Assembly (NCBI GenBank): GCA_963804795.1
Contig: CAWDRS010000012.1
Coordinates: forward strand, 65,606-129,605
Direction: 5' to 3'
DNA from: an uncultured Acidobacteriota bacterium
Lineage (GTDB): Bacteria; Acidobacteriota; Vicinamibacteria; Vicinamibacterales; 2-12-FULL-66-21
DNA length: 64,000 nt
Positions 50,446-59,087 of the stretch are shown piece after piece (the stretch's first letter is position 1; each line of letters starts with the position of its first letter). The position numbers were made by a program, and so were the translations under genes. The notes beneath the pieces are model-generated. The model was not told the origin of the DNA and made no database searches. It saw only the letters and a program-made list of their open reading frames with translations.

Positions 50446-50825
50446 TCATGTGGCCCGATCCGACGCAAGCGAAAAGTGCGTCATCGCGGGCGGCGACAGC
50501 GCGATGCGGCCGACGAGCGTGCTGCCATCGAGAAACAGATCCAGCTCGCTGATCGTCAGCGCGATCGGCGGCTCGCCGTCGTCCCGCCAGAGACACGCGA
50601 ATCGTCCCCGCTCGAGCCGCTTCGCATAGACGCAGAGCCCGTCCCATCCCAATGGAGCACCTTGGTCCTGACGCGATCGCGACTGACGAAGATGAAGACC
50701 TCCCCACTCAGCGGATCGCGCGCCAGGTCCTGCGTCACGAGGGCGCACAACCCATCGAAACCCTTGCGCATGTCCGTGGGCCGTCCGTAGGCGTACACCG
50801 TCACCCGCCGGCCGTGCCATCTCAT
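50446..50825 (-). pseudogene. tnpB: IS66 TnpB, copy 2; one frame break ~50640
   Basis: MRWHGRRVTVYAYGRPTDMRKGFDGLCALVTQDLARDPLSGEVFIFVSRDRVRTKVLHWDGTG, then a shift to LCVYAKRLERGRFACLWRDDGEPPIALTISELDLFLDG. Confidence 0.8.
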
Positions 50826-51180
50826 CGCAGCAGCGCGAGCAGCCGGGCCGCGGTCTCCACGTCCAGTCCTTCGACACGCGTGGACGTCGCGCCCACGACG
50901 ACCACGAGGTCCGCGCTCCCGGTGCGTCGCTCCGGAGCGACGATCTGCCACGGGATGAAAGCGCGCACGTGCGGCGACGCACGGGTCCAGCGGTAGAGAC
51001 TCCACGGGGCGACGCCGAGCGCCACCGCCACATCACGCAGCGCCTCGCCCGCCGCTTGCCGCGCACGCCAACACCGGACCGCCTGCCCTCGCACGCCGGC
51101 GAGTAGCGCCGCTGCAGCCCCGTTCGCTGCCCATTCTCCCGTTGCCGCCGCCGCGCGAAACGCCTGACGTCCTGATCCAT
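50822..51180 (-). pseudogene. tnpA: IS66 TnpA, copy 2; one frame break ~51095
   Basis: MDQDVRRFARRRQRENGQRTGLQRRYSPA, then a shift to RGQAVRCWRARQAAGEALRDVAVALGVAPWSLYRWTR...RVEGLDVETAARLLALLR. Confidence 0.7.
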
Positions 51181-51252
51181 CGCATCCTCCTGGTGCGGAG
51201 AACTGTGGACCACTTTGCGTGTTTGACTAGACGGGGTGCGGCGAGGTCTTAC

Positions 51253-51345
51253 AGATCAGTCTCCTCCTCATCGCGAAAATCAACGCCTCATCGCGAAGAA
51301 TCTGCCGCTGACCGCGGAGTCGCGCCGCACTGCGGGTCACCGATG
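51253..51345 (+). pseudogene. tnpC: continuation of copy-1 tnpC after the copy-2 insertion, then lost (deletion junction)
   Basis: QISLLL.RENQRLIAKNLPLTAE matches residues ~19-43 of copy-2 TnpC. Similarity ends near 51345. Confidence 0.5.
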
Positions 51346-51460
51346 TGGCGACAGCCATTCGTCTAGCCAGACCAGCGACGCCTGCAACTATGACCGTCAG
51401 AGGAACACGCTCTCACGAAGGAAAGCCAATCGAGTGATGTGATGAAGGCTACTCGCCGAG

Positions 51461-53807
51461 TTGGCACCCGGCATGACGGTGGGCACCCACCGATTGGAAC
51501 GTCTACTTGGCCGCGGCGGGATGGGGGCCGTCTTTCTTGCGTACGACATGCGGCTTCATCGTCATGTGGCGCTGAAAGTCCTTGACCGCGACGCAGCCGA
51601 TGCCACTTCGAGCCCCGCCTCCTGCGCGAGGCCCGCAATGCCGCGGCGCTGAATCATCCGGCATCTGCACGATCCACGAAGTGGGCGAGGCCGATGGCAC
51701 CGCGTTCATCGCCATGGAATATGTCGAGGGCCGTTCGCTGCGCGATCGCGTCGACGAGGGCGCGCTGCCGATGGGCGAGGCGGTGCGCCTCGGCATTCAG
51801 GCTGCCGACGCCCTGGCCTACGCGCATGAACACGGCGTCGTCCATCGCGACTTCAAAGCCGCCAATGCCATCGTCGGCGAAACGGCCGGCTGAAAGTCGT
51901 CGATTTCGGCCTGGCCCGGAGTGAGGACCCGCAGGTGTCCGAGGCGACGACGATGGCGTCGATGGTGCCGTCCGGCGCAGCGGCGGGTACGCCGTACGCC
52001 ATGGCGCCGGAACAAGTGCGAGGTGAGACCGCCGATGCGCGCACCGACATATGGGCGCTCGGCGTGCTGCTCTACGAGATGGCGACCGGTGCGCGGCCGT
52101 TCGCGGCCAGTCGTGAGCTTTTTCCTCGATTCTCACTAGACCACCGGCGCCGCCCTGTCGACAGTGCCAGTCCATTGACCGCTGTCATCGAGCGGTGTCT
52201 GGAGAAGGATCCCGCGCGCCGGTATCAGCGGGCGGAAGAGGTTCGGGCTGTGCTCGAGGCGATCGCAGCGGGCACGGCGGCGCCATGGAGCACCTGGGGT
52301 TATCATCTGCGTCGCCGACCGGCCATCGCCCCAATCGCGGGCCTTGTGGCGGCCTTCGCTGTGCTGGTGGGATTCAACGTGGGCGGGCTGCGGAACAGGC
52401 TCACCGGTGTCCCGCGCGAACAGGCTCCGATCAAATTGGCCGTATTACCGTTCGAAAACCTCACGGCGATCCCGAGCAGGAGTATTTCAGCGACGGCCTG
52501 ACCGACGAAATGATCACGCAACTGGGCCGGTTGCACCCGCAGCGTCTGAGTGTCATCGCACGGACGTCGTCGATGCGGTACAAGACGACGCGACCTGTCG
52601 ATGGATCAGATCGCACGCGAGCTCGGCGTGGACTATGTCATGGAGGGCAGCGCAAGGCGTGAGGGGAATCGCGTCAGGATCAGCGCGAGTCTCATCCAGG
52701 TACGTGATCAGACGCAGCGATGGAGCGACAGCTTCGAGCGGGAAATGGCCAATGTCCTCACGCTCCAGAGCGATGTTGCCCGCGGTGTCGCGCGCACGCT
52801 GGCCATCACGCTTCTTCCCGCCGAACAGGGTCGTCTTGCCGCGGCTCGTCCCGTCAATCCAGAGGCCTACGAGGCGTATCTGAAGGGACGGTTCCAGTGG
52901 CAGACCATGGCGCCGAAGGCGCTCGATGCGGCGATGGGTTACTTCGAGCTCGCCGTCCAGAAGGATCCGAATTACGCGGCGCCCTACACGGGAATGGGAA
53001 CGGTCTGGGGCCTGCGCTGCAACAACGGCGTGATGCGGTGCCGTGAGGCGGTGGCGAAATGGAAAGAGGTCGTCCGCAAAGCCAAAGAGCTCGAGCCGGA
53101 CCTCCCGCAGGTCCAGGCGCAGACAGCCGCCATTGCCTACTACGTGGATTGGGATTGGCCCGCGGCCGAACGCGAGTTTCGGCGCGCGATCGAGGTCGCC
53201 GCCGCCGATCCCGACGTGCACATGTGGTACGCCGACTATCTTGCTGAACGTCGCCGGTCGCGTCGATGACGCGATCGCGGAAGCCAGGCGGGCTGTGGAA
53301 TTGGACCCGCAGAACTCTTTGTACCAAGTTCGGCTGGCGGTCGCGTTCATGGACGCGCACCGTGAGGACGACGCGATCGCCGTGCTGCAGCAGGTGTTGA
53401 AAGCCGACCCAGGTATGCGGCAGGCGCAGATCAACCTGGTGCAGGCGTTCGCCGCAAAGCGCATGTACAAAGAGGCACTGGCAATGATGGCACAAAACAA
53501 CGCGAACAATCGCGCAGTGGTCGAAGCACAGCAGCGCGCCTACCAGGAAGGGGGATTTCCAAGAGTCGCGCGCATACGTCCAGACGCGTTGGTTCGCCAG
53601 TCGCAGAGCACCTATGTGTCACCTGGAGGCATTGCCGCTGCCTACGCCCGCGCCGGAGAAGCCGCACTGGCGCTGGATTATTTGGAAAAGGCCTACGAGG
53701 AACACGAGACGATGATGGTGTCGCTTAAAGCCGGGAGGGCCTGGGATGCTGTGCGCAGTGAGCCGCGTTTTGAAGCAATACTTCGACGGATGAACCTTTC
53801 GAATTAG
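51461..53807 (+). pseudogene. Ser/Thr protein kinase with TM segment, TolB_N-like region and C-terminal TPR repeats; at least five frame breaks
   Basis: [53 protein letters not shown]...EYFSDGLTDEMITQLG, and TPR-like LDPQNSLYQVRLAVAFMDAHREDDAIAVLQQVLKADP. Start uncertain (TTG 51461 or ATG 51473). Confidence 0.8.
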
Positions 53808-53823
53808 CAACCGAAAAGCGCCA

Positions 53824-54125
53824 TCACTGACAAAGCTGGCTAACCAGGCGCTGCAGCCGACGAACCGCGCGCGGCGACGAGCCAGATCGAGAAAACGAAC
53901 TCTCGCGGCTCGCGGCTGAGCGCCGGACGTTAGCCAGCCAGGTCTTCCTTTGCGATGATGCCATGACGCACAGTGGTACACGCGCCGCGAGTCCACGCCG
54001 AACCGTTGATGCAGCGCGTCCCGATGCACTTGAGCATCGACGAGGGTGTTGTGTCGAATTTTGTGTCTGCATGTAGGCAGTCGTCCGCGCCGCATGCGTG
54101 CGATGTCGCCGAGTGAAAATCCCAT
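53824..54125 (-). CDS. possible small phage-type protein; frame and end uncertain
   Basis: MGFSLGDIARMRRGRLPTCRHKIRHNTLVDAQVHRDALHQRFGVDSRRVYHCASWHH resembles small phage C..HK..R...A...(n)..VY.C..WH proteins (from memory). No clean stop unless the frame shifts. Confidence 0.2.
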
Positions 54126-54196
54126 TACCGCACCCGGAAGCACGTTGCTGATGTTCGCTGCAGGCCGACGGATGTCAATCGGCTCTGCTCTCGCCT

Positions 54197-54796
54197 CTAC
54201 GCCATCGCTTCGATCTGACGGGACTGCTCGGCTCGCGCCACATTCAGCGAACCGAAATCTGGATCGCCATCGGCCGCCTGGCTGAGCACCTGACCTACCA
54301 ACCAGGTGATTCTCTGCTCCTGTGGCGGAAGCGAAGGCTCATGGGGGATCGGCGTGTCGAGGCCGTACTGACGCACGAGTTCCTTCAGGCGTACGATCAC
54401 GCTTCCCGTCTCCCGCCGAGCGGCAGTCAAGAGCCGCACCGCAGCCTCGACCTGCTCCACGGCCGCGACAGACGACGCTCGTGCATCGTTGAAACGCGCG
54501 ATCCCGGACTGGACCTCTCGAACGAGCGCGTCGGCCTCCACTGTCGCCTTCTGAACGGCCTCGGCGCTCGGCAGCTGCTCTTCGAGCGCCCGAATTCGGT
54601 CCTTGAGATCTCTGAGCCGCTCTTCGATTCGAGCTTGCTGGTGCCGTGCCTCGCGCACGCGGTTCTCATCGTAGCGAGCCGGCTCGACGGCCAGCGCACC
54701 CGCCAGAGCTAGCTGGTACTGCGCGCGGGTCTTCTCGAACTCCTCGACCTGCGGAAGATATTTGTGGATCGCGTTTTTGATTTCTCCAGCGGTCAT
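54197..54796 (-). CDS. hypothetical coiled-coil protein
   Basis: Intact 199-aa ORF with a heptad-rich centre (RHQQARIEERLRDLKDRIRALEEQL). ATGA overlap with the upstream gene. Confidence 0.5.
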   Translation of the reverse strand: MTAGEIKNAIHKYLPQVEEFEKTRAQYQLALAGALAVEPARYDENRVREARHQQARIEERLRDLKDRIRALEEQLPSAEAVQKATVEADALVREVQSGIARFNDARASSVAAVEQVEAAVRLLTAARRETGSVIVRLKELVRQYGLDTPIPHEPSLPPQEQRITWLVGQVLSQAADGDPDFGSLNVARAEQSRQIEAMA

Positions 54797-55293
54797 CGCG
54801 TCTTCTCCTTCGAGCGCGCTGCCAGCGCCTTCTTCTCCATTGTGGTAATCGCTGCGGCGTACGGGTCCGGCGGCTTCGTGTAGTAGATGTCGTTGGTCGC
54901 TGGCGGCAGCCCGAGACCGGCGGTCAGCGCGTACTCGCGGAGGCGGTCACGGAACGCCGCCATGGCCCGCAGCGCGTCGGTGACGTCGGGCGCGTCGGGG
55001 ATACCTTGCGCCGCACGCAGCTTCGCGAGTCCGGCCTCGTAGGGGTCCGGGGGCGCGTCGAGTTGCACGCTGCCGTAGCCTTGGAGTGCGCGACCGAGGG
55101 CATCGTGCTGCGCACTCGCGTTGGTGGATGTGCGGAACTCGCTCTGCGAGGCACTGCGCAGCCCTCGCGCGTGATTCTCAGCTTCGATGCGGGCGGCACC
55201 CTCCTCCGGTGACTCGTTCAAGATGTGCGAACAGTAACGGCAGCACCGTGGGCCGCCGCAGCTGTCGTAGTGGTGGTGGGGATCAATCTGCAT
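54793..55293 (-). CDS. hypothetical protein with His/Cys-rich N-terminus
   Basis: A strong RBS (AGGAGAAGGAGA) lies 7 nt upstream of the ATG at 55293. The N-terminus reads MQIDPHHHYDSCGGPRCCRYCSHILNE. Confidence 0.45.
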   Translation of the reverse strand: MQIDPHHHYDSCGGPRCCRYCSHILNESPEEGAARIEAENHARGLRSASQSEFRTSTNASAQHDALGRALQGYGSVQLDAPPDPYEAGLAKLRAAQGIPDAPDVTDALRAMAAFRDRLREYALTAGLGLPPATNDIYYTKPPDPYAAAITTMEKKALAARSKEKTR

Positions 55294-55360
55294 CGGATAT
55301 CTCCTTCTCCTGACGTTTGCTGAATGACGGTCGATCCAGACATGAGGAACCTCTTTCGAG

Positions 55361-56748
55361 TTACCAGGCAGCAAACTCCGCCTCGGGCACCTGCGCGGCG
55401 GCGACCAGCGCGCCGGCGGCGGCGTTCGCCACGTCATCGAGTTGGCGCGGTGCGTGGTCAATGCTGTCCTTGCCGCCGCGCGCGCATCGCCGCTCCAGCC
55501 CGGCGAGTTGCTTCAGCAGGCGGGCATGATCCAGCAGCTCGCACGTGCCCGACATGATCAACGGCAAACTGTCTTGATAAATCTGCGACTTCGTGCGCTC
55601 ACTCGGCTCCACCGTGATGCCCACCTTCTGAAACGCTTCAGTGGGCCACGAGCCCGCATACCGGTCGCTCGTGGCGGTGGTGATCCGGAAAGCCTTGAGC
55701 ACCGCCGCGAACTCCCGGACCACCGCCTCAGGGGAAAACGGCGGCCGCACTTCGCGGATCACGTCGAGCACCGCCCGCCCGTCGTGGTGGTGCGCGATGG
55801 CCAACGTCATCGAGTCGGAACCTGTGCCGCCGCTGGGATCGAGGAAGGCGTAGTATTGTACACGGAGGCATACGACTGCTCGAACCGCCCCGGCATGCGC
55901 ACGGCGTTGAGCACGTCAAGGGGGAGGAAGGCCTCCACATCGGTTCGAAATTCGCCGGCAAACTCCGCCGCCGCCGCCATGGGATCGTCCTCGTACGCCT
56001 TCTCGATCACACGGTGATCAATGCACGGGTTCATCACCCACGTCGGCGCATTCACCACGAGCACATCGGCCGATTCGTTGCGCCCGAAATGGGTGTCATA
56101 CGTCCTCCACACTTCGGCGCGTCTGGCGTAGACGCTCGTCAAGGCAATCAGCATCGCGCTGGGTACGGACGCCATCGAGGCTCGCAATGCGATCAGCGCT
56201 TCACGATCTGGGTTGGCCGAGTCGTCATCGGCCCAGAAGGCGACTTCATCGCAGGCCGCGCCGATGCAGGTGTACCCACGGAGTGATCGAAACGAACAGG
56301 TGTGAATTTCAATGCAGAGACCGTTCGTCAGCCAGATCCCCTCGACCGTCTCGTGGTCCACAAGTGCATTGAGCGATGGATGCGATCTGAAGAGGCCGCT
56401 GACGTACTTCTTAACGACGCGCGCCTGTCGCCGGTCGCTCGCGATGCACATAAAGACGCCCGTTTCGCCGGGGCGAGCGTGTACGAGCGACAGGTGGTCG
56501 CGAACACCGCGAGCAAGGCCGCGATGATGGATTTGCCAGACCGGCGCCCGAGGAGCAACCACAGTTCACGCACAGGACCCGAAGGGAACGTGGAGCGTTG
56601 GGTCAGCGGTGCGAAGTACACGATGGTCCTCATCACTCAGATCGAGGGCATGCGCGGCTTTGAGCACGCACCGCCACGTCGCCCAAGTGTCGGCCCCGAA
56701 CGTCGAGCCGAGAACACGATTCATGAGCGTATGGCTGCGCACGGGCAC
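55361..56748 (-). pseudogene. phage terminase large subunit; at least three frame breaks; N-terminus possibly truncated
   Basis: Walker A LLLGRRSGKSIIAALLAVF, Walker B-like CDEVAFWADDDS, and a nuclease half LAIAHHHDGRAVLDVIREVRPPFSPEAVV...SDRYAGSWPTEAFQKVGI. Confidence 0.75.
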
Positions 56749-57003
56749 ACCGCTGGTCAGCAGGTGCTCGTCGTAAACCTGCCGAAGATGGGCCGGGTGA
56801 TGCTCTCAGGAGATCTGTATCACTTCCGGGAAGAACGGGAACAGCGGGTCTTGCCACATAGCCTCGAGCACGATCGGGAGAAGTCACGCCAGTCGCGCGT
56901 CCGGCTCGAGGCGTGGGCGACGCAGAACAACGTGCCCATCTGGATCGAGCACGACACACGCTTGTATGCGACGCTGAAGAAGGCTCCGGCCTATCTCGAA
57001 TAG
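56735..57003 (+). pseudogene. 3' fragment of an MBL-fold hydrolase (N-acyl-homoserine-lactonase-like)
   Basis: HGHTAGQQVLVVNLPKMGRVMLSGDLYHF...NVPIWIEHDTRLYATLKKAPAYLE-stop. There is no N-terminal HxHxDH part. It abuts the terminase 5' end. Confidence 0.5.
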
Positions 57004-57150
57004 GAGAGCTCCTCCAGCTTGGGAGGATCGTATGCCCTGCGCGCGCTGCACGGCCGCGCTGGAAGGCCGCGTGCGGCGTTGCGGCGGGCGACCGGCGTCG
57101 CGGAATGGCGTCGAATCGACGCCAAGTGCTACATGTGACACAATGCGCAT

Positions 57151-57381
57151 ATGCGAACCGCCGGTGTCCGTGAAGCCCGTCAGAACCTCACCGATCTACT
57201 CGAGGACGTGAAGAAGGGACGCGAGGTCGTAATCACCGATCGCGGCCGTCCGGTCGCTCGCCTGGCGCCCGTCGCACGTCGCCGTCCCTTCCCCGATCTC
57301 GCGCGTGTACGCGCCGCATTCCGCGGACCCGATCCCACACTGTCACAGGCCGTCCTCGAAGAACGGGAAGATCGCCTGTGA
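57151..57381 (+). CDS. Phd/YefM-family antitoxin
   Basis: MRTAGVREARQNLTDLLEDVKKGREVVITDRGRPVARLAPV. The stop overlaps the toxin start. Confidence 0.8.
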   Translation: MRTAGVREARQNLTDLLEDVKKGREVVITDRGRPVARLAPVARRRPFPDLARVRAAFRGPDPTLSQAVLEEREDRL

Positions 57382-57848
57382 GCCCGTCCGATACCGCCGA
57401 CGCCGCAGCCGAACGCTGGGCAGAGCCGGTCTATCTGGACGCGAGCGCCCTGGTGAAGTTGTTCGTGCCAGAAACTGAAAGCGACGAGTTGAATAAGGCG
57501 CTCGCCGGCATGACCGACGTAATCGTCTCCGACCTCGCCCTGACCGAGATGGCGTCTGCCCTTGGCCGCCGCACGCGCGAACACCTCCTCACTCGCAAGG
57601 AAGCGCAGCGCCTGTATCGTGAAGCGTCGAAGTTGCACATGTCCTCACTCAGTGCCGAGCTGACGCCGCCGATCCACCGCCGCGCCGAGAGGCTGATGCT
57701 CTCGCTGGCGATCCCGCTGCGCGCGCTCGATGCCCTTCATCTGGCCACGGCGCTCGACGCCGAAGCGGCGACGGTCGTCACCTTCGATTCCCGTCTGCGT
57801 GATGCGGCCCTCTCTCAAGGATTGTTCGTGGCGCCTCAGGGCGTCTGA
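57378..57848 (+). CDS. vapC: PIN-domain toxin (VapC family)
   Basis: VYLDASALVKLFVPE...LALTEMASAL...LRALDALHLATAL...VVTFDSRLRDAA (the four acidic PIN positions are present). Confidence 0.8.
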   Translation: MSPSDTADAAAERWAEPVYLDASALVKLFVPETESDELNKALAGMTDVIVSDLALTEMASALGRRTREHLLTRKEAQRLYREASKLHMSSLSAELTPPIHRRAERLMLSLAIPLRALDALHLATALDAEAATVVTFDSRLRDAALSQGLFVAPQGV

Positions 57849-58242
57849 CATGGTGCGGAAGACGATTCGCTGACACGAATCCAACCGCTGGCTTCTCGAA
57901 CGAACGGCCCTTCACCGACGCCCAACACGATCGCTTGAACCGAGCCGCGTTCGCCCAGTCCCGTGCTCGTCGATGATTGCTTCGACTGTCTTGATCATCA
58001 GATGCCTCGTCCGGCTAGCCGACCGCCTCCTCTTCAGGGTCGCATCGTCTGCGTCCACCGTCAGGGGCCCGCCGACTAGGCCGGAGGACAGAGATGCCGG
58101 AGCTCTCCCGAACCTGCCGGGCACTGACGAAATCGGCCGGCATGGTCGGCGAAGGTCGGATCTGGCCGCCGCCGAATCACTACCCCGATGCTACCCGCGT
58201 TTGAAAAACCAAGGAATCCTTCGGAAATCTGCAGGTAGACGT

Positions 58243-58291
58243 TCGGTTCGGGACCGAGGGGTCGGTGGTTCGAATCCACTCGCCCCGACCA
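58243..58291 (+). repeat. attR-like 49-bp direct repeat (orphan 3' end of tRNA-Pro)
   Basis: Identical to 36057-36105. The preceding sequence has no tRNA 5' half. Confidence 0.85.
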
Positions 58292-59087
58292 ATCAACACT
58301 GCAAGTTCGGGCCCGGTTTTCCGGGCCTTCTTGCTGTGACGGACGATCGGGGACCTGACGGATCCGCATTTGAAGCAACGTGCGCAACCGAGTAGTCGGC
58401 GCCTCAAGTCCTCCCTGATCACAGGCCAACCTGACGAAACGCTCAACAAATCCGCACGCTGAGCTCACTGACCGCGCTTCCCGCGGGCGGCGAATCGCTA
58501 CCCTCAACATGGTCGTCATCGGCTCGGCGTGCCGGCGCCGGCGCGGAGCTCGCCGCCCTGTACGACAACCAGGACGACATCGACCCGCTCTCGGCTGCGC
58601 TGCAGACCGAGCCAACTGTTCGGACGACGTCCGATCGCCGAACGCTCTATCGGGACGTGATCGTCGACCAAAGCCCCCGGAAGTTCCTATGCTGAGGCCT
58701 GCCGAAAAGCCGAGGGGGCTCAACCCGATTCTGCAGCGATCGCTCATGTTGTACGACCAGGTCGACAACCGGGACGTCTGGGACGTGAGCGTCGAGGGGC
58801 TGAGCTGCCGCGTCGGCGCCGCTCCTGACTGAGAGCGTGAAAGGGAAGACCCTGGCCGAGGAGACGCGCTGTTCACGCGCTTGGCGGATTGTTGGGCCGT
58901 CCCCGTCGCGCCGTCGACGATCTCGGTGCGCTGTCGGCGTTGGCAGGGCGTCCGGCGATTCCCCGTCCGCGTGAAATGCCCGGCGTGCAGTGGCACGCGT
59001 TTCGCGCCGCCGCGGGCGGCGGACGAGGTTCTGACCAGAGAACAGAGGCGGTTGCCGGCACGTCCGGGTTGTGCCATCGTAGATTCG

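Larger units (their letters stand above)
48895..51252 (-). mobile_element. IS66-family element, copy 2 (complete ends, 2358 bp), inserted in opposite orientation into tnpC of copy 1
   Basis: Ends are GTAAGTCCTCGCCGTGGCCCGTC (48895) and the reverse complement of GTAAGACCTCGCCGCACCCCGTCTAGTCAAA (ending 51252). Flanks are AGATTGAGT (48886-48894) and AGATCAGT (51253-51260), which is close to an 8-bp target duplication. Confidence 0.8.
36106..58242. mobile_element. ~22-kb tRNA-Pro-associated genomic island (defense array + IS66 nest + prophage debris); no integrase found
   Basis: Bounded by perfect 49-bp direct repeats of the tRNA 3' end. The cargo is accessory-type and, by eye, less GC-rich in its left half than the flanks. 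Confidence 0.75.

Noticed and set aside
57912-58124. A 70-aa minus-strand ORF whose internal start gives MIKTVEAIIDEHG.., reminiscent of small antitoxin-family proteins often paired with PIN toxins.
   Set aside because: Only about 13 residues look family-like before the frame degenerates. The rest requires a frameshift and would overlap the vapC end. It is probably a fragment and is mentioned under the toxin-antitoxin finding only.
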